Assembly: GCA_963752475.1 (NCBI GenBank)
Contig: CAVVYR010000008.1
Location: forward strand, 224,001-288,000
Direction: 5' to 3'
Length of the DNA stretch: 64,000 bases
DNA from: an uncultured Chloroflexia bacterium
GTDB taxonomy: Bacteria; Chloroflexota; Limnocylindria; Limnocylindrales; CSP1-4
Made by a program: the position numbers and the translations under genes. Positions 1-10,200 of this stretch are shown piece after piece (within the stretch, counting starts at the first letter, position 1; each line of letters opens with the position of its first letter). The notes below the pieces were generated by a model. It had not been told where the DNA came from and did not search any database. It was given only the letters and a program-made list of their open reading frames with translations.

Positions 1-1000
1 GTACTACCCGGGCTGCTCGATGGACGGCACGGGCAAGGCTTATCACGACTCCATCGAGGCGGTCCTGCCCGAGCTCGACATCGGCTTCAAGGAGCTCGAC
101 GACTGGAACTGCTGCGGCGCCACCGAGTACATGGGCATCAGTCCGCTGCGCTCTCAGGCGCTGGTCGGGCGCAACCTGGCCCTGGCAGAGAAGCAGAAGA
201 ACGGCACCGACACCCTGGTGGCACCCTGCTCCGCCTGCTACGTCAACCTCGCTCGCACGGACGCCTACGTGCGCGAGTCCGACGAGCTGGCCGAGAACGT
301 CAACGACGCTCTCGGTGCCGATGGCATGTCCTACACCCCAGGCTCGGTCAAGGTCCGGCACCTGCTCGAGATCCTCATCGATGACATCGGTCTCGAGGAG
401 GTCGGCGAGCACGTCACGCGCCCGCTCACCGGCCTGAAGCTGGCACCGTACATGGGCTGCCTCGTCTCGCGGCCGGACTACGACGACCGCTGGCAGCACC
501 GCGAGCACCCACACGCGCTCGACCAGCTGCTGCTGACGCTCGGCGCTGACGTGGTCGAGTACTCACGCCGCACCGACTGCTGCGGCGGCCACATGACGCA
601 GATCAGCCCGGAGACGGGCCTCGAGCTGATCCGCCGCCTCATCGTCGAGGCCGAGCGGGTCGGGGCCCATGCCATGGTCACGGTCTGCCCCATGTGCCAG
701 ATGAACGTGGATTTCTACCAGCGGGAGATGAACCACCACTTCCGCGAAGACCACCACATGCCGATCCTCTTCTTCACCCAGCTGATGGGCCTGGCCTACG
801 GCATGCCGGCAGGCAAGCTCGGCTTCGGGCGCGAGATCATCTCGGCCCGTCCGGCGCTGGCCAACATCGGCATCGAGGCCCCGTTGACCGAGGAGGAAGA
901 GGCCGAGAAGGCCAAGGCAGCCAAGCCCAAGCGACGCCGCCGAGGAGATCCCACGCTGCCCTCACCCGCACCGCGTGAGGACGAGGAGGAGCTGCGATGA
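1..1000 (+). CDS. hdrB: Heterodisulfide reductase subunit B (5' end lies before the window)
   Basis: The frame is open from base 2 (YYPGCSM...). It has two CCG-domain cysteine motif sets (WNCCG..APCSAC; DCCGG..VCPMC) and its stop overlaps the hdrA ATG. Confidence 0.93.
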   Translation, partial: YYPGCSMDGTGKAYHDSIEAVLPELDIGFKELDDWNCCGATEYMGISPLRSQALVGRNLALAEKQKNGTDTLVAPCSACYVNLARTDAYVRESDELAENVNDALGADGMSYTPGSVKVRHLLEILIDDIGLEEVGEHVTRPLTGLKLAPYMGCLVSRPDYDDRWQHREHPHALDQLLLTLGADVVEYSRRTDCCGGHMTQISPETGLELIRRLIVEAERVGAHAMVTVCPMCQMNVDFYQREMNHHFREDHHMPILFFTQLMGLAYGMPAGKLGFGREIISARPALANIGIEAPLTEEEEAEKAKAAKPKRRRRGDPTLPSPAPREDEEELR

Positions 1001-3036
1001 CCGCCCCCAAGACCGGCGTCTACGTCTGTCATTGCGGCACCAACATCGCCGCCATGGTCGATGTCGAAGAGGTCCGCGACTGGGCCGCCGAGGAACTCAA
1101 GGACAAGGGCGTGGTCGTCTCGCGCGACTACCCCTTCATGTGCTCGAGCCTGGGCCAGGAGTTGATCGCCAAGGACATCGAGGAGTACGGCCTCGAGCGC
1201 GTGGTGGTGGGTGCCTGCTCACCGCACATGCACGAGAAGACGTTCCGTGAGGCCAGCAGCAACGCCGGCCTCAACCCCTATCTCGCCGAGCTGGTGTCCA
1301 TCCGCGAGCAGGTCTCGTGGGTCCACACCGACAAGGCCAAGGCCACCGAGAAGGCCAAGGCCATCATCGCCGGCGGCGTCTACCGCGTCGCCGAGCAGGT
1401 GCCGCTGGAGCCGCTCATCGCTCCGGTCAACAGCGCCACGCTCATCGTCGGCGGCGGCATCGCGGGCATCACCGCGGCGCTGGAGATCGCCGATGCCGGC
1501 TACCCGGTCCACATCGTGGAGAAGGAACCGTCGATCGGCGGCCACATGGCCCAGTACGACAAGACCTTCCCGACGCTCGACTGCGCGGCCTGCATCCTCA
1601 CGCCCAAGATGGTCGATGCGGGGGCGCATCCCAACATCACGCTCCACACCTGGAGCGAGGTGGTCGACGTCTCCGGCTCGGTCGGCGACTTCAAGATCAA
1701 GGTCAAGCACAAGCCACGCATGGTGGTGGAGGCGGACTGCACCGGTTGCGGCATCTGCTGGGAGAAGTGCCCGGTGCAGGTGATCGACACCGGCTTCGAG
1801 GCCGGCCTCGGCTATCGCAAGGCCATCTACACGCCCTTCCCGCAGGCGGTACCCAAGTACCCGGTGCTGACACCGGACGACTGCACCTACTTCCAGAAGG
1901 GCACGTGCAAGGCCTGTGAGAAGTTCTGCCCGGTCGATTGCATCGACTTCACCCAGACCGACGAGTATGTCGAGCTCAACGTGGGCAACATCCTGCTCGC
2001 CACCGGCTTCAAGCCCTTCGACGCCCGTCGCATCGAGGCCTTCGGCTACGGCCGACTGCCCAACGTCTTCACCTCGATGGAGTTCGAGCGGATGAGCAAC
2101 GCGGCCGGCCCCACCGGCGGCAAGATCGTCCTGCGCGACGGCGTGACCGAGCCCAAGTCGGTGGCCATCGTCCACTGCGTCGGCTCACGCGACAAGAACA
2201 CCAACGAGCACTGCTCGGCCATCTGCTGCATGCAGTCGCTGAAGTTCGCGCATCTCGTCAAGGAGCACACGGACGCTGACGTGTACGAGTGCTACATCGA
2301 CATGCGCACGCCGGGCAAGGGCTACGACGAGTTCTACAACCGCATCCTCGACGAGGGCACGCAGATGATCCGCGGCCGCGTCGCGGAGGTCACCGACTCG
2401 TTGCGCTACCCGGAGGAGGAGGGCCACGAGGGCCGGCTCATCGTGCAGGTGGAGGACACCCTCGCTGGTATCAAGCGCCGCGTACCGGCCGATATGGTCA
2501 TCCTCTCGACCGGTCTGGAACCGCAGGCGGACGCCACCGACGTGGCCCGCATGTTCGGCGTCGGCTGCAGCACCGACGGCTTCATCATCGAGCGCCACGC
2601 CAAGCTGGACCCCGTCGCGACCATGACCGACGGCGTCTTCGCTGCCGGCGCCACGCTCGGGCCTCGCGATATCCCGACCTCGGTGTCCAACGGCGCCGCA
2701 GCCGCGGCCACCATCCTGAGCCGTATCGCCCAGGGCGAGATCGCCATGGAGCCCTACCGGGCCAGCGTCGATGCCGAACGTTGCTCCGGCTGCCGCATCT
2801 GCAACGACCTCTGCCCCTTCAGCGCCATCACCTTCGACGAGGGGGCGATGGTCACCGAGATCAATCCCAAGCTCTGCCAGGGCTGTGGCGTGTGCGTGGC
2901 CGCGTGTCCCGCCAACGCCATCTCCGGCAGCGGCTTCAGCCACGAGCAGGTCATGGCCCAGATCGACGGGCTGCTGGCCAGCACCGACGGTGCCGCCGGC
3001 GTTCCGACCGATGAGCCAGTGGAGGTGACGGCATGA
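997..3036 (+). CDS. hdrA: Heterodisulfide reductase subunit A (FAD and Fe-S)
   Basis: GVYVCHCGTNIA N-terminus, GGGIAG FAD motif, DKTFPTLDCAACILTPKM, HCVGSRD..CSAICC and C-terminal ferredoxin motifs. Confidence 0.96.
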   Translation: MTAPKTGVYVCHCGTNIAAMVDVEEVRDWAAEELKDKGVVVSRDYPFMCSSLGQELIAKDIEEYGLERVVVGACSPHMHEKTFREASSNAGLNPYLAELVSIREQVSWVHTDKAKATEKAKAIIAGGVYRVAEQVPLEPLIAPVNSATLIVGGGIAGITAALEIADAGYPVHIVEKEPSIGGHMAQYDKTFPTLDCAACILTPKMVDAGAHPNITLHTWSEVVDVSGSVGDFKIKVKHKPRMVVEADCTGCGICWEKCPVQVIDTGFEAGLGYRKAIYTPFPQAVPKYPVLTPDDCTYFQKGTCKACEKFCPVDCIDFTQTDEYVELNVGNILLATGFKPFDARRIEAFGYGRLPNVFTSMEFERMSNAAGPTGGKIVLRDGVTEPKSVAIVHCVGSRDKNTNEHCSAICCMQSLKFAHLVKEHTDADVYECYIDMRTPGKGYDEFYNRILDEGTQMIRGRVAEVTDSLRYPEEEGHEGRLIVQVEDTLAGIKRRVPADMVILSTGLEPQADATDVARMFGVGCSTDGFIIERHAKLDPVATMTDGVFAAGATLGPRDIPTSVSNGAAAAATILSRIAQGEIAMEPYRASVDAERCSGCRICNDLCPFSAITFDEGAMVTEINPKLCQGCGVCVAACPANAISGSGFSHEQVMAQIDGLLASTDGAAGVPTDEPVEVTA

Positions 3037-3554
3037 CCGCACCTGCGACCCAGCCTGGGAACTCGGCGCCCGTGGCGCCTGCCGACTTCGAGCCGCTCAT
3101 CCTCGGCTTCACCTGCAACTGGTGCAGCTACCGTGCGGCGGACCTCGCGGGCACGGCCCGTACCAAGTACCCGCACAACGTCCGGCTCATCCGCCTGATG
3201 TGCTCCGGACGCATGGAACCCGAGTTCATCCTCGAGGGTTTCGCCAAGGGCGCGGACGCGGTGATCATGACCGGCTGCTGGCCAGAGGATTGCCACTACC
3301 GCATCCAGTCGGTGAAGGCCCTGCGACGGTTCATCTTCCTGCGCCGGATGCTCAGCGACCTGGGCATCGAGCCGGCCCGGCTGCAGCGCTTCTACGCCAG
3401 CGCCGCCGAGGGCCAGCGCTTCGCTGACGAGATGGCCCGCATCGTGGCCGAGGTCAAGGCGCTTGGCCCCATCCCGCCCGAGATCCGAGTCGCCTTGGAG
3501 TCGCGCCCTGAAGCGCCGGCTCCAGCGTTCCAGCCTGAGGAGGTGGAGGCATGA
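3033..3554 (+). CDS. mvhD: Hydrogenase iron-sulfur subunit MvhD/FlpD ([2Fe-2S])
   Basis: FTCNWCSYRAADLAG, IRLMCSGR and GCWPEDCHY motifs; ATGA-coupled to hdrA. Confidence 0.94.
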   Translation: MTAPATQPGNSAPVAPADFEPLILGFTCNWCSYRAADLAGTARTKYPHNVRLIRLMCSGRMEPEFILEGFAKGADAVIMTGCWPEDCHYRIQSVKALRRFIFLRRMLSDLGIEPARLQRFYASAAEGQRFADEMARIVAEVKALGPIPPEIRVALESRPEAPAPAFQPEEVEA

Positions 3555-4561
3555 CCGCCGAAGCCGCGACCCCGGCCGAAGCCGAGGTCAAGCCCCGCTA
3601 CAAGCTGGCGATGTACTGGGCCTCCGCCTGCGGTGGCTGCGACGTCGCTGTGCTCAACCTGGGCATGAAGCTCATCGAGTTCACCGAGCGCTGGGAACCG
3701 GTCTTCTGGCCGGCAGCCATGGACGGCAAGCGGCAGGACGTCCGCGACATGGAGGATGGCGAGATCGACGTCTGCCTCTTCGACGGCGGCATCCGCACCG
3801 ACGAGGACGCCGAGATGGCGCACCTGCTGCGGGCCAAGTCGAAGGTGCTGGTGGCCTTCGGGTCCTGCGCCAGCGAAGGCTGCATCCCCGGTCTCGCCAA
3901 CCAGCGTCCGATCGAGGCGGTCTTCGCGGCCGCCTTCGATCCCGAGCTGAACGACGTCAACGGCGCGGGCACGCCCAACGGACCGTGGGAATCGCCCCAC
4001 GGCGAACTCGAACTGCCCACGCTTCAGACGCGACTGCAGACGCTGAGCCAGGTCGTCGATGTCGACTACTCGGTGCCCGGCTGCCCGCCTGAGACCGAGC
4101 GCATCGCGGAGGTGTTGGGGGCGGTCACCGCCGCTCTTGACGGCACCGGCCCGCTGCCGCCCAAGGGCGCCGTGCTCGGCGCCGGCAACTCGACCGTGTG
4201 TGACGAGTGCAAGCGAGAGCGTGGCGTCAAGACCATCACGGAGTTCAAGCGTATCCAGACGCTCGCGGAGGTCGATCCGAACCTGTGCCTGCTGGAGCAG
4301 GGCCTGCCCTGCTGCGGTCCGGCGGCGCGGGACGGCTGCGGTGCCAAGTGTCCGGCGGCAGGTGCTCCGTGCATCGGCTGCTACGGCGCGACGACCGGCG
4401 TCAATGACTTCGGCGCTCGACTGCTGAGCGCATACGCCTCGGTGGTCGAGGCCAGTGAACCGGAAGACATCGAGCGCGTGCTCGAGGGTCTGCCGGACAC
4501 GGTCGGCCAGTTCTATCGCTTCAGCCTCGCAGCCTCGCTGCTCCATGGGGGTCGGGCATGA
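3551..4561 (+). CDS. mvhG: F420-non-reducing [NiFe]-hydrogenase small subunit
   Basis: YWASACGGC, AFGSCA, PGCPP, CDEC, CLLEQGLPCCGP and CIGCYG motifs. Confidence 0.92.
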   Translation: MTAEAATPAEAEVKPRYKLAMYWASACGGCDVAVLNLGMKLIEFTERWEPVFWPAAMDGKRQDVRDMEDGEIDVCLFDGGIRTDEDAEMAHLLRAKSKVLVAFGSCASEGCIPGLANQRPIEAVFAAAFDPELNDVNGAGTPNGPWESPHGELELPTLQTRLQTLSQVVDVDYSVPGCPPETERIAEVLGAVTAALDGTGPLPPKGAVLGAGNSTVCDECKRERGVKTITEFKRIQTLAEVDPNLCLLEQGLPCCGPAARDGCGAKCPAAGAPCIGCYGATTGVNDFGARLLSAYASVVEASEPEDIERVLEGLPDTVGQFYRFSLAASLLHGGRA

Positions 4562-6024
4562 CACGCATCACCATCGATCCCGTCACTCGCCTTGAGGGTC
4601 ACGGCAAGATCGAGATCCTCCTCGACGATGCCGGAGACGTCGAACACACCTACTTCCAGATCCCCGAGCTGCGCGGCTTCGAGTCGTTCTGTGTCGGTCG
4701 TCCGGTGGAGGACATGCCGGCGCTGACGAACCGCATCTGCGGCGTCTGCCCGGAGGCTCACCACATGGCCGCGGCCAAGGCGGCTGATGCCGCGTATGGC
4801 GTCGCCGTGCCGCGCACCGGTCGCATGCTGCGCGAGCTGCTCTACAACGCCTTCTACGTGACTGACCACGCGACGCACTTCTACGTGCTCAGCGGACCGG
4901 ACCTGATCATGGGGCCGGACGCCCCCAAGGCCGAGCGCAACATCCTCGGCGTGGTCAAGAAGGTCGGCGCTGAGGTCGGCGGCAAGGTCATCGACGCACG
5001 CAAGGCCGGCCATCGCATCATCGAGATCATCGGCGGCCGGCGCATCCATCCCTGCACCTCGGTGCCCGGTGGCCAGACCAAGGCCATCAGCGAAGAGGAG
5101 CGGGACGAGATCAAGGCGCTCGCCGACGCCATGGTCGAGTTCGGAGGCTTCAGTCTGGAGCTGTTCGCCTCGATGCTCGAGGACGAATCCATCGAGGAGA
5201 TCGTCAAGGGCGACCTCTACACCCACGAGACGTACTACAGCGGCCTCGTCGACGCCGATGACAAGGTCACCTTCTACGACGGCCAGATCAAGGTCGTCGC
5301 GCCCGACGGTGAGGTCTTCGGCCAGTACGAGCCGAAGGACTACCGCGACTGGATCGACGAGAAGGTCGAGCCGTGGACGTTCCTGAAGTTCCCGTACCTC
5401 AAGAACGTGGGCTGGAAGGGCCTTGTCGACGGCAAGGACTCCGGCATCTACACGGTGGCTCCGCTGGGCCGGCTCAACGTCGCCTCCGGCATGGCCACGC
5501 CCAAGGCCCAGGCCGCCTACGAGCAGTACTTCGAAACGCTTTCACCCGATGGCACGCCGGTGCACAGCCGCGGCGCGACCCATTGGGCCCGGCTCGTCGA
5601 GATGATGCAGGCGGCCGAGACGGTGCAGGCGCTGGTCAACGACCCGGAGATCACTTCGCCGGATGTCCGCGCTGTCCCGACCGAGATCCCGACCGAGGGT
5701 GTGGGCACGGTGGAGGCACCGCGCGGCACCCTGACGCACCACTACTGGACCGACGAGAACGGCGTCATCACGCGCGTCAACCTCATCGTCGGCACGACCA
5801 ACAACTACGGCCCCATCGCGATGTCCGTGGACAAGGCTGCACGCAGCCTCATCTCCAAGGGCACCGTCGTGACCGACGGACTGCTCGACCGCATCGAGAT
5901 GGGCTTCCGGGCCTACGACCCCTGCTTCGGGTGCGCCACGCACTCGATGCCGGGGCAGATGGCCATGGTCGTCACCATCCGCGACAAGGACGGCAACGCC
6001 GTGAAGGAGCTGCGCCGTGACTAG
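4558..6024 (+). CDS. mvhA: [NiFe]-hydrogenase large subunit (group 3c-like)
   Basis: IDPVTRLEGHG, L1 motif RICGVC, EAPRG and L2 motif DPCFGCATH followed by a cleavable C-terminal extension. Confidence 0.95.
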   Translation: MTRITIDPVTRLEGHGKIEILLDDAGDVEHTYFQIPELRGFESFCVGRPVEDMPALTNRICGVCPEAHHMAAAKAADAAYGVAVPRTGRMLRELLYNAFYVTDHATHFYVLSGPDLIMGPDAPKAERNILGVVKKVGAEVGGKVIDARKAGHRIIEIIGGRRIHPCTSVPGGQTKAISEEERDEIKALADAMVEFGGFSLELFASMLEDESIEEIVKGDLYTHETYYSGLVDADDKVTFYDGQIKVVAPDGEVFGQYEPKDYRDWIDEKVEPWTFLKFPYLKNVGWKGLVDGKDSGIYTVAPLGRLNVASGMATPKAQAAYEQYFETLSPDGTPVHSRGATHWARLVEMMQAAETVQALVNDPEITSPDVRAVPTEIPTEGVGTVEAPRGTLTHHYWTDENGVITRVNLIVGTTNNYGPIAMSVDKAARSLISKGTVVTDGLLDRIEMGFRAYDPCFGCATHSMPGQMAMVVTIRDKDGNAVKELRRD

Positions 6025-6559
6025 CCCGCTCGAGCCCTATGGCCTGCGCATCGCCGAACCCGGCGAGACCCTGGTCGTGGGACTTGGCAATCCGATCCTT
6101 GGGGATGATGGTGTCGGGTGGCGCGTCATCGACGAGCTGGACGAACTCGACCATGACGGCGCCAGCCTGCAGCAGGCGTGTGTCGGTGGCGTAAGCCTGA
6201 TGGAACTCCTTGTCGGGTATCGGCGCGCGATCATCGTCGATGCGATCATCGATCCCGAAGTCGCGCCCGGTAGCGTCTGGCGCAGGTCACTGTCGGATGT
6301 GGAAACTCGGGTGGCCAGTCATCTGGACTCGTCACACGACGCCCCCCTGCCGGCCGCCATCGAAGCAGGACGCGCGATGGGCGTGGACCTGCCGTCTGAC
6401 ATCGAGGTCGTGGGCATCGTCATCGAACGAGGCGATGTCTTCGGCGAACAATTGAGCGACGCCATCGCTGAGGCCGTGCCGGTCGCGGCGACAGAGGTTG
6501 TCGGGGCATTGCGTGCGCAGTCCTCTGCGTCGCCATTAGGGGAGCCAGTCCATGCATGA
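6017..6559 (+). CDS. Hydrogenase maturation endopeptidase (HycI/HybD family)
   Basis: VVGLGNPILGDDGVG, IIVDA and SSH motifs; lies directly after mvhA. Confidence 0.92.
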   Translation: MTSPLEPYGLRIAEPGETLVVGLGNPILGDDGVGWRVIDELDELDHDGASLQQACVGGVSLMELLVGYRRAIIVDAIIDPEVAPGSVWRRSLSDVETRVASHLDSSHDAPLPAAIEAGRAMGVDLPSDIEVVGIVIERGDVFGEQLSDAIAEAVPVAATEVVGALRAQSSASPLGEPVHA

Positions 6560-6821
6560 AGCCGGAGTCACCGAGCGGATCCTGGAGATCGTGGTCGAAC
6601 ACGCCAAGGAAGCGCACGCCCAGCGCGTGACCGACGTCTACCTGGAGGTGGGCGATGAGTCGGGCATCGACATCGAGTCGGTCGAGATGCACTGGCCGCT
6701 GCTGAGCGAGGGTTCGGTGGCCGAGGGCTCGATCCTGCACTTCGAGAAGAAGGAGGACGAGCCGTTCTCGTTCCGGCTGACCAGCATCGAGGTCGACGAG
6801 CATGAGAAGGCGGCTACCTGA
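6552..6821 (+). CDS. hypA: HypA-like nickel metallochaperone, short form lacking the Zn-finger cysteines
   Basis: N-terminal MHE Ni motif, VTDVYLEVG and C-terminal LTSIEVD match HypA; 89 aa with no Cys. Confidence 0.8.
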   Translation: MHEAGVTERILEIVVEHAKEAHAQRVTDVYLEVGDESGIDIESVEMHWPLLSEGSVAEGSILHFEKKEDEPFSFRLTSIEVDEHEKAAT

Positions 6822-6871
6822 ACTGACGCTCGCGCCAGGCGCTCTCCTCGCCTGACGACATCAAGACGAAC

Positions 6872-6904
6872 CTGATGGCCCCGCGGGCGACCGTGGGGCA
6901 TCAG
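6872..6904. terminator. GC-rich hairpin downstream of the hydrogenase operon
   Basis: CTGATG-GCCCCGCGG-GCGA-CCGTGGGGC-ATCAG inverted repeat; no clear U-tract. Confidence 0.55.
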
Positions 6905-6997
6905 TGTGCCCAGGTCACGTGGTAGAGAGACGATTTCGACCACTTGTAGTCAGGCGTCGCTCCTGGCGACGCTGTCGATCGACTGGGCCGAACTCGG

Positions 6998-7157
6998 TGG
7001 ACACCTGTCGTCCGAGCCGACCGTAGGCCGGCAAGGCTGGTCGGATCGTCCGCCTCGGCGTTCGCCGGGTTTGCCAGCTATGCCCCTGCACGCTCGGGAC
7101 CGGCGGCCGATCGTCACGCGATGGCCTCGGTGGTGGCTACAAGCGAGCCCAGGGTCG
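6998..7157 (+). repeat. Dispersed 160-bp intergenic element, copy 1
   Basis: Gapless alignment to the reverse complement of 43711-43870, about 110/160 identical by manual count. Confidence 0.75.
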
Positions 7158-7234
7158 ATGGGGGCGACCGCTGTCCACAACGGGCAAGGGCCTGCCCTCA
7201 AGCCAGCGTGTTGCAGGCACTCCACGAGCTGCTG

Positions 7235-10200
7235 CTATCCGCGCCCGGCCGTCCGGATCTTGGCCATCGTGGCGGCCGTTGGCACGAACCGGACCGCATC
7301 GAACGCGATGGTGCGACCGCTCGCGGGATCCTCACCGGTCTGGTCGGTGAGCTGCACGATGGGCGTCCGCGTCAGGCGGTGGACGCCAAGGGCGACCCAG
7401 CCTCCGCGGCGCTTCGACTGATCGCGCACGCGCGTGACCCAGCCGTCGGCGGTCTTGATCTTGTAGGCCGCCTTCTGTGACGTGGCATGCGGGCCCGGGA
7501 TGTAGACCTGGACCGCATACGCGCCCGCCACCGGCAGTTGCGGCCGCCAAGTGGCCGAGTGCGCTTCGACGTTGTTGCGCACCGGCACGTACCAGTGGTT
7601 CGAGGCGAGCCCTGCCGGGCCACGCTGCCAGCCGGTGCCGAAGCGCTTGAAGCCACCGTCGAGGTCATCGACGCGGACGATCGAGCCAGACATCTCGGTC
7701 TGGAGTCGCGGCGGAGCCGGCTCCGGTGTCGCCTTGGGCGCTGGTCGTGGCGTGGGTGCGGCCTTGGGCTTCGGCTTGGGTTGCGCCGTGGGCGACAGCC
7801 CGGACTCGGTCGACAGCTCGGGTTCGGCTTCCCCGGCAGGCGCCAGCTGCGTCGGCGCAGGCGCAGGCGTCGCGGTGGGCTGCGGTGTCGTGGTGGGCTG
7901 CGTCGCCGCAGGCTCGAGTGTCGGCTTGGGCGTGGGCTCTGGCGTTTGCGTAGGCGTCGGCCCTGGTGTCTGCGTGGGCGCGGGCGTTGGTGTGGGCGCC
8001 GCGGTGGGCTCGGGCTGTCGGTGTGGGCGCGGGCGTTGGTGTGGGCGCCGCGGTGGGCTCGGGCGTCGGTGTGGGCGCGGGCGTTGGTGTGGGCGCCGCG
8101 GTGGGCTTGGGTGTCGGTGTGCGCATCGGCTCCGCGACGGCCGTGGGCTCCGCAGTCGGAGTCGGCACGACATCGGGCTCGGCCGTGGCCTGCAGCTCAG
8201 GTGTCGAGGTCGGCTTGGGCTCGGGCGTCGGGGTCGCCGTGGGCTCGAGCTCCGCCAGCGGTGGAGCAGTCGGCTGCGGCGTAGGAGTGGATGTGGGCGC
8301 GGCCTCCGGCGCCTGCGAAGGCTCGGGCGACTCCGATGGCGTTGCCGGCGCTGCCACAGCGGCATCAGGGGTCTGTGTCGGCTCGGGCGTGGACTCAGTC
8401 AGGGGCGATGTCGTGGCTGCGGAGGTCGCGGAGGGTTGCACGGTCGGAGCGGATGTGGGCTCGGGTGTGGTGACCGCCTCCGAGACGCTGGCGGTCGACA
8501 GTGCCGGGAACGGGCCTACGGGCACGAACCTCATGGCATCGAAGGCGACCTTGCGGCCCGACTTGCCCGGCTCGCGGGTCTTGTCGGTGAGGCGCACGAC
8601 GGGACGCGCCGCAAGTGAGTGGACGCCGAGGTTGACCCATCGGCCACGCGTCTTGCGCTGGTTGCGTACGCGTGTGACCCAGCCGTCGGTGGTCCTGATC
8701 TGATACCTCGCTCGCTTGGTGCTGGCATAGCCGGGGACCTTCGCCAGGATCCGGTAGCGCCCGGCCGCATCGAGCACGGGCCTCCATAGCCCCAGCCGCT
8801 TGACCGAGGACTTGCGCACCGGCGCCCACAGCGAGCGCGTGGCGTACCCGGCCCTCTTGGCCCTCCAGCCGGCCCCCTTTCGAACGAAACGGCTGGACTT
8901 GTCATCCACGATCACCGTCGAGGGAACGACCGGTGCCGTCGTCGGCGGGGAGGTCGGTGTCGGAGTCGGTGTGGGCGCGGGGCCGAGGCTGAGCGTGTAG
9001 CCGACTGCGGTCCCGGGCAGGACGGGCGTGCCCTTGGCAGGATCCTGGCCGATGACCGTCTCTGCAGGCGCTGCGTCATGGGTCGAGTCGACGGGGCCCT
9101 TGGTCAGGCCGGCACCAGCGATAGCCAGGTCCGCGTCGATCTCGGTCAGCGTTTCGAGGTCCGGCACAAGAACCGGCTCGGCGCCCAGGCTCAGCACGTA
9201 GTCCACCGCCGAGCCGGTGATCACGCTGGTGTCGGGAGGCGTGCCCTGGCTGATGATGGTGCCGGCGGAGGCTGTGGCGTGGTATTCGGTCGTCTCGGTG
9301 CCGAGCCGGAGCGTGAGCGGCGTGAGCGCGGCAGTGGCGGCGCTCGTGGTCAGGCCCGTGAGGTCGGGCACCCGCGGCTGTCCGAGGCTCAGGGTGTAGC
9401 CGACGGCGTCGCCGGGCCCGAGGTCGGTGCCGGCGGCGGGGTCTTGGCTGGCGACCAGGCCCACGGCGAAGGAGTCGTCGTACGCGTCGGAGACGGAGCC
9501 GACGGTGAGGCCGAGGTCGGTGATCGCCGTGTCGGCCGCTGACGCCGTCCCGCCCACGACGCCTGGCGCGGTGATGGGGCCGTCCGAGAGGACGTAGTCG
9601 ATGGGCGTGGCGGTGGGAACGGTCGTGCCGGGTTCGGTGCCCTGGCTGATGACCGAGCCCTGGGGCACCGTCCTGTGGTGCTCGCTGGAGACGCTGCCGA
9701 CGGTGAGTGAAGCGTCGGCCAGAGCGCTGTTGGCGGCGGCCTCGGTGAGGTCGATGAGATCCGGCACCTGCGGCTGGCCCAGGCTGAGCACGTAGGAGAC
9801 GGGATCGCCGGTCACCAGGCCGGTCCCTGCGATCGGGTCCTGGCTGATGACGAGGCCGGCGTCGACGATGTCGCTGTAGGTGGACGTGACCGTGCCCACG
9901 GTCAGCCCGAGGCCGGTGATGGCGGCGTTGGCGATGGCCTGCGGATCACCCTCGATGTCCGGGGTCACGATCGGACCGTCGCTCAGGACGTAGTCGACCG
10001 GTATGCCGGTGTTCACCTCGGTGCCGACGGGCGTGCCCTGGCTGATCACCGAACCCGCTGGAACGGACGTGCTGACCTCGCTCGTGACGGAGCCGGGTAT
10101 GAGGGTGACGTCGGCGAGCGCGTCGATGGCGTCCGTCGCGGTCATGCCGGTGATGTCGGGCACCCTCGGCCTGCCCAGGCTCAGGATGTAGGCGACGCTG

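Noticed and set aside
997-6024. Selenocysteine readthrough in Hdr/Mvh subunits
   Set aside because: All ligand positions are Cys, and the TGA stops are ATGA overlaps with the next gene at the expected protein ends.
7979-8120. Tandem repeats as a CRISPR array
   Set aside because: No unique spacers, they encode a Pro/Thr linker, and no cas genes are present.
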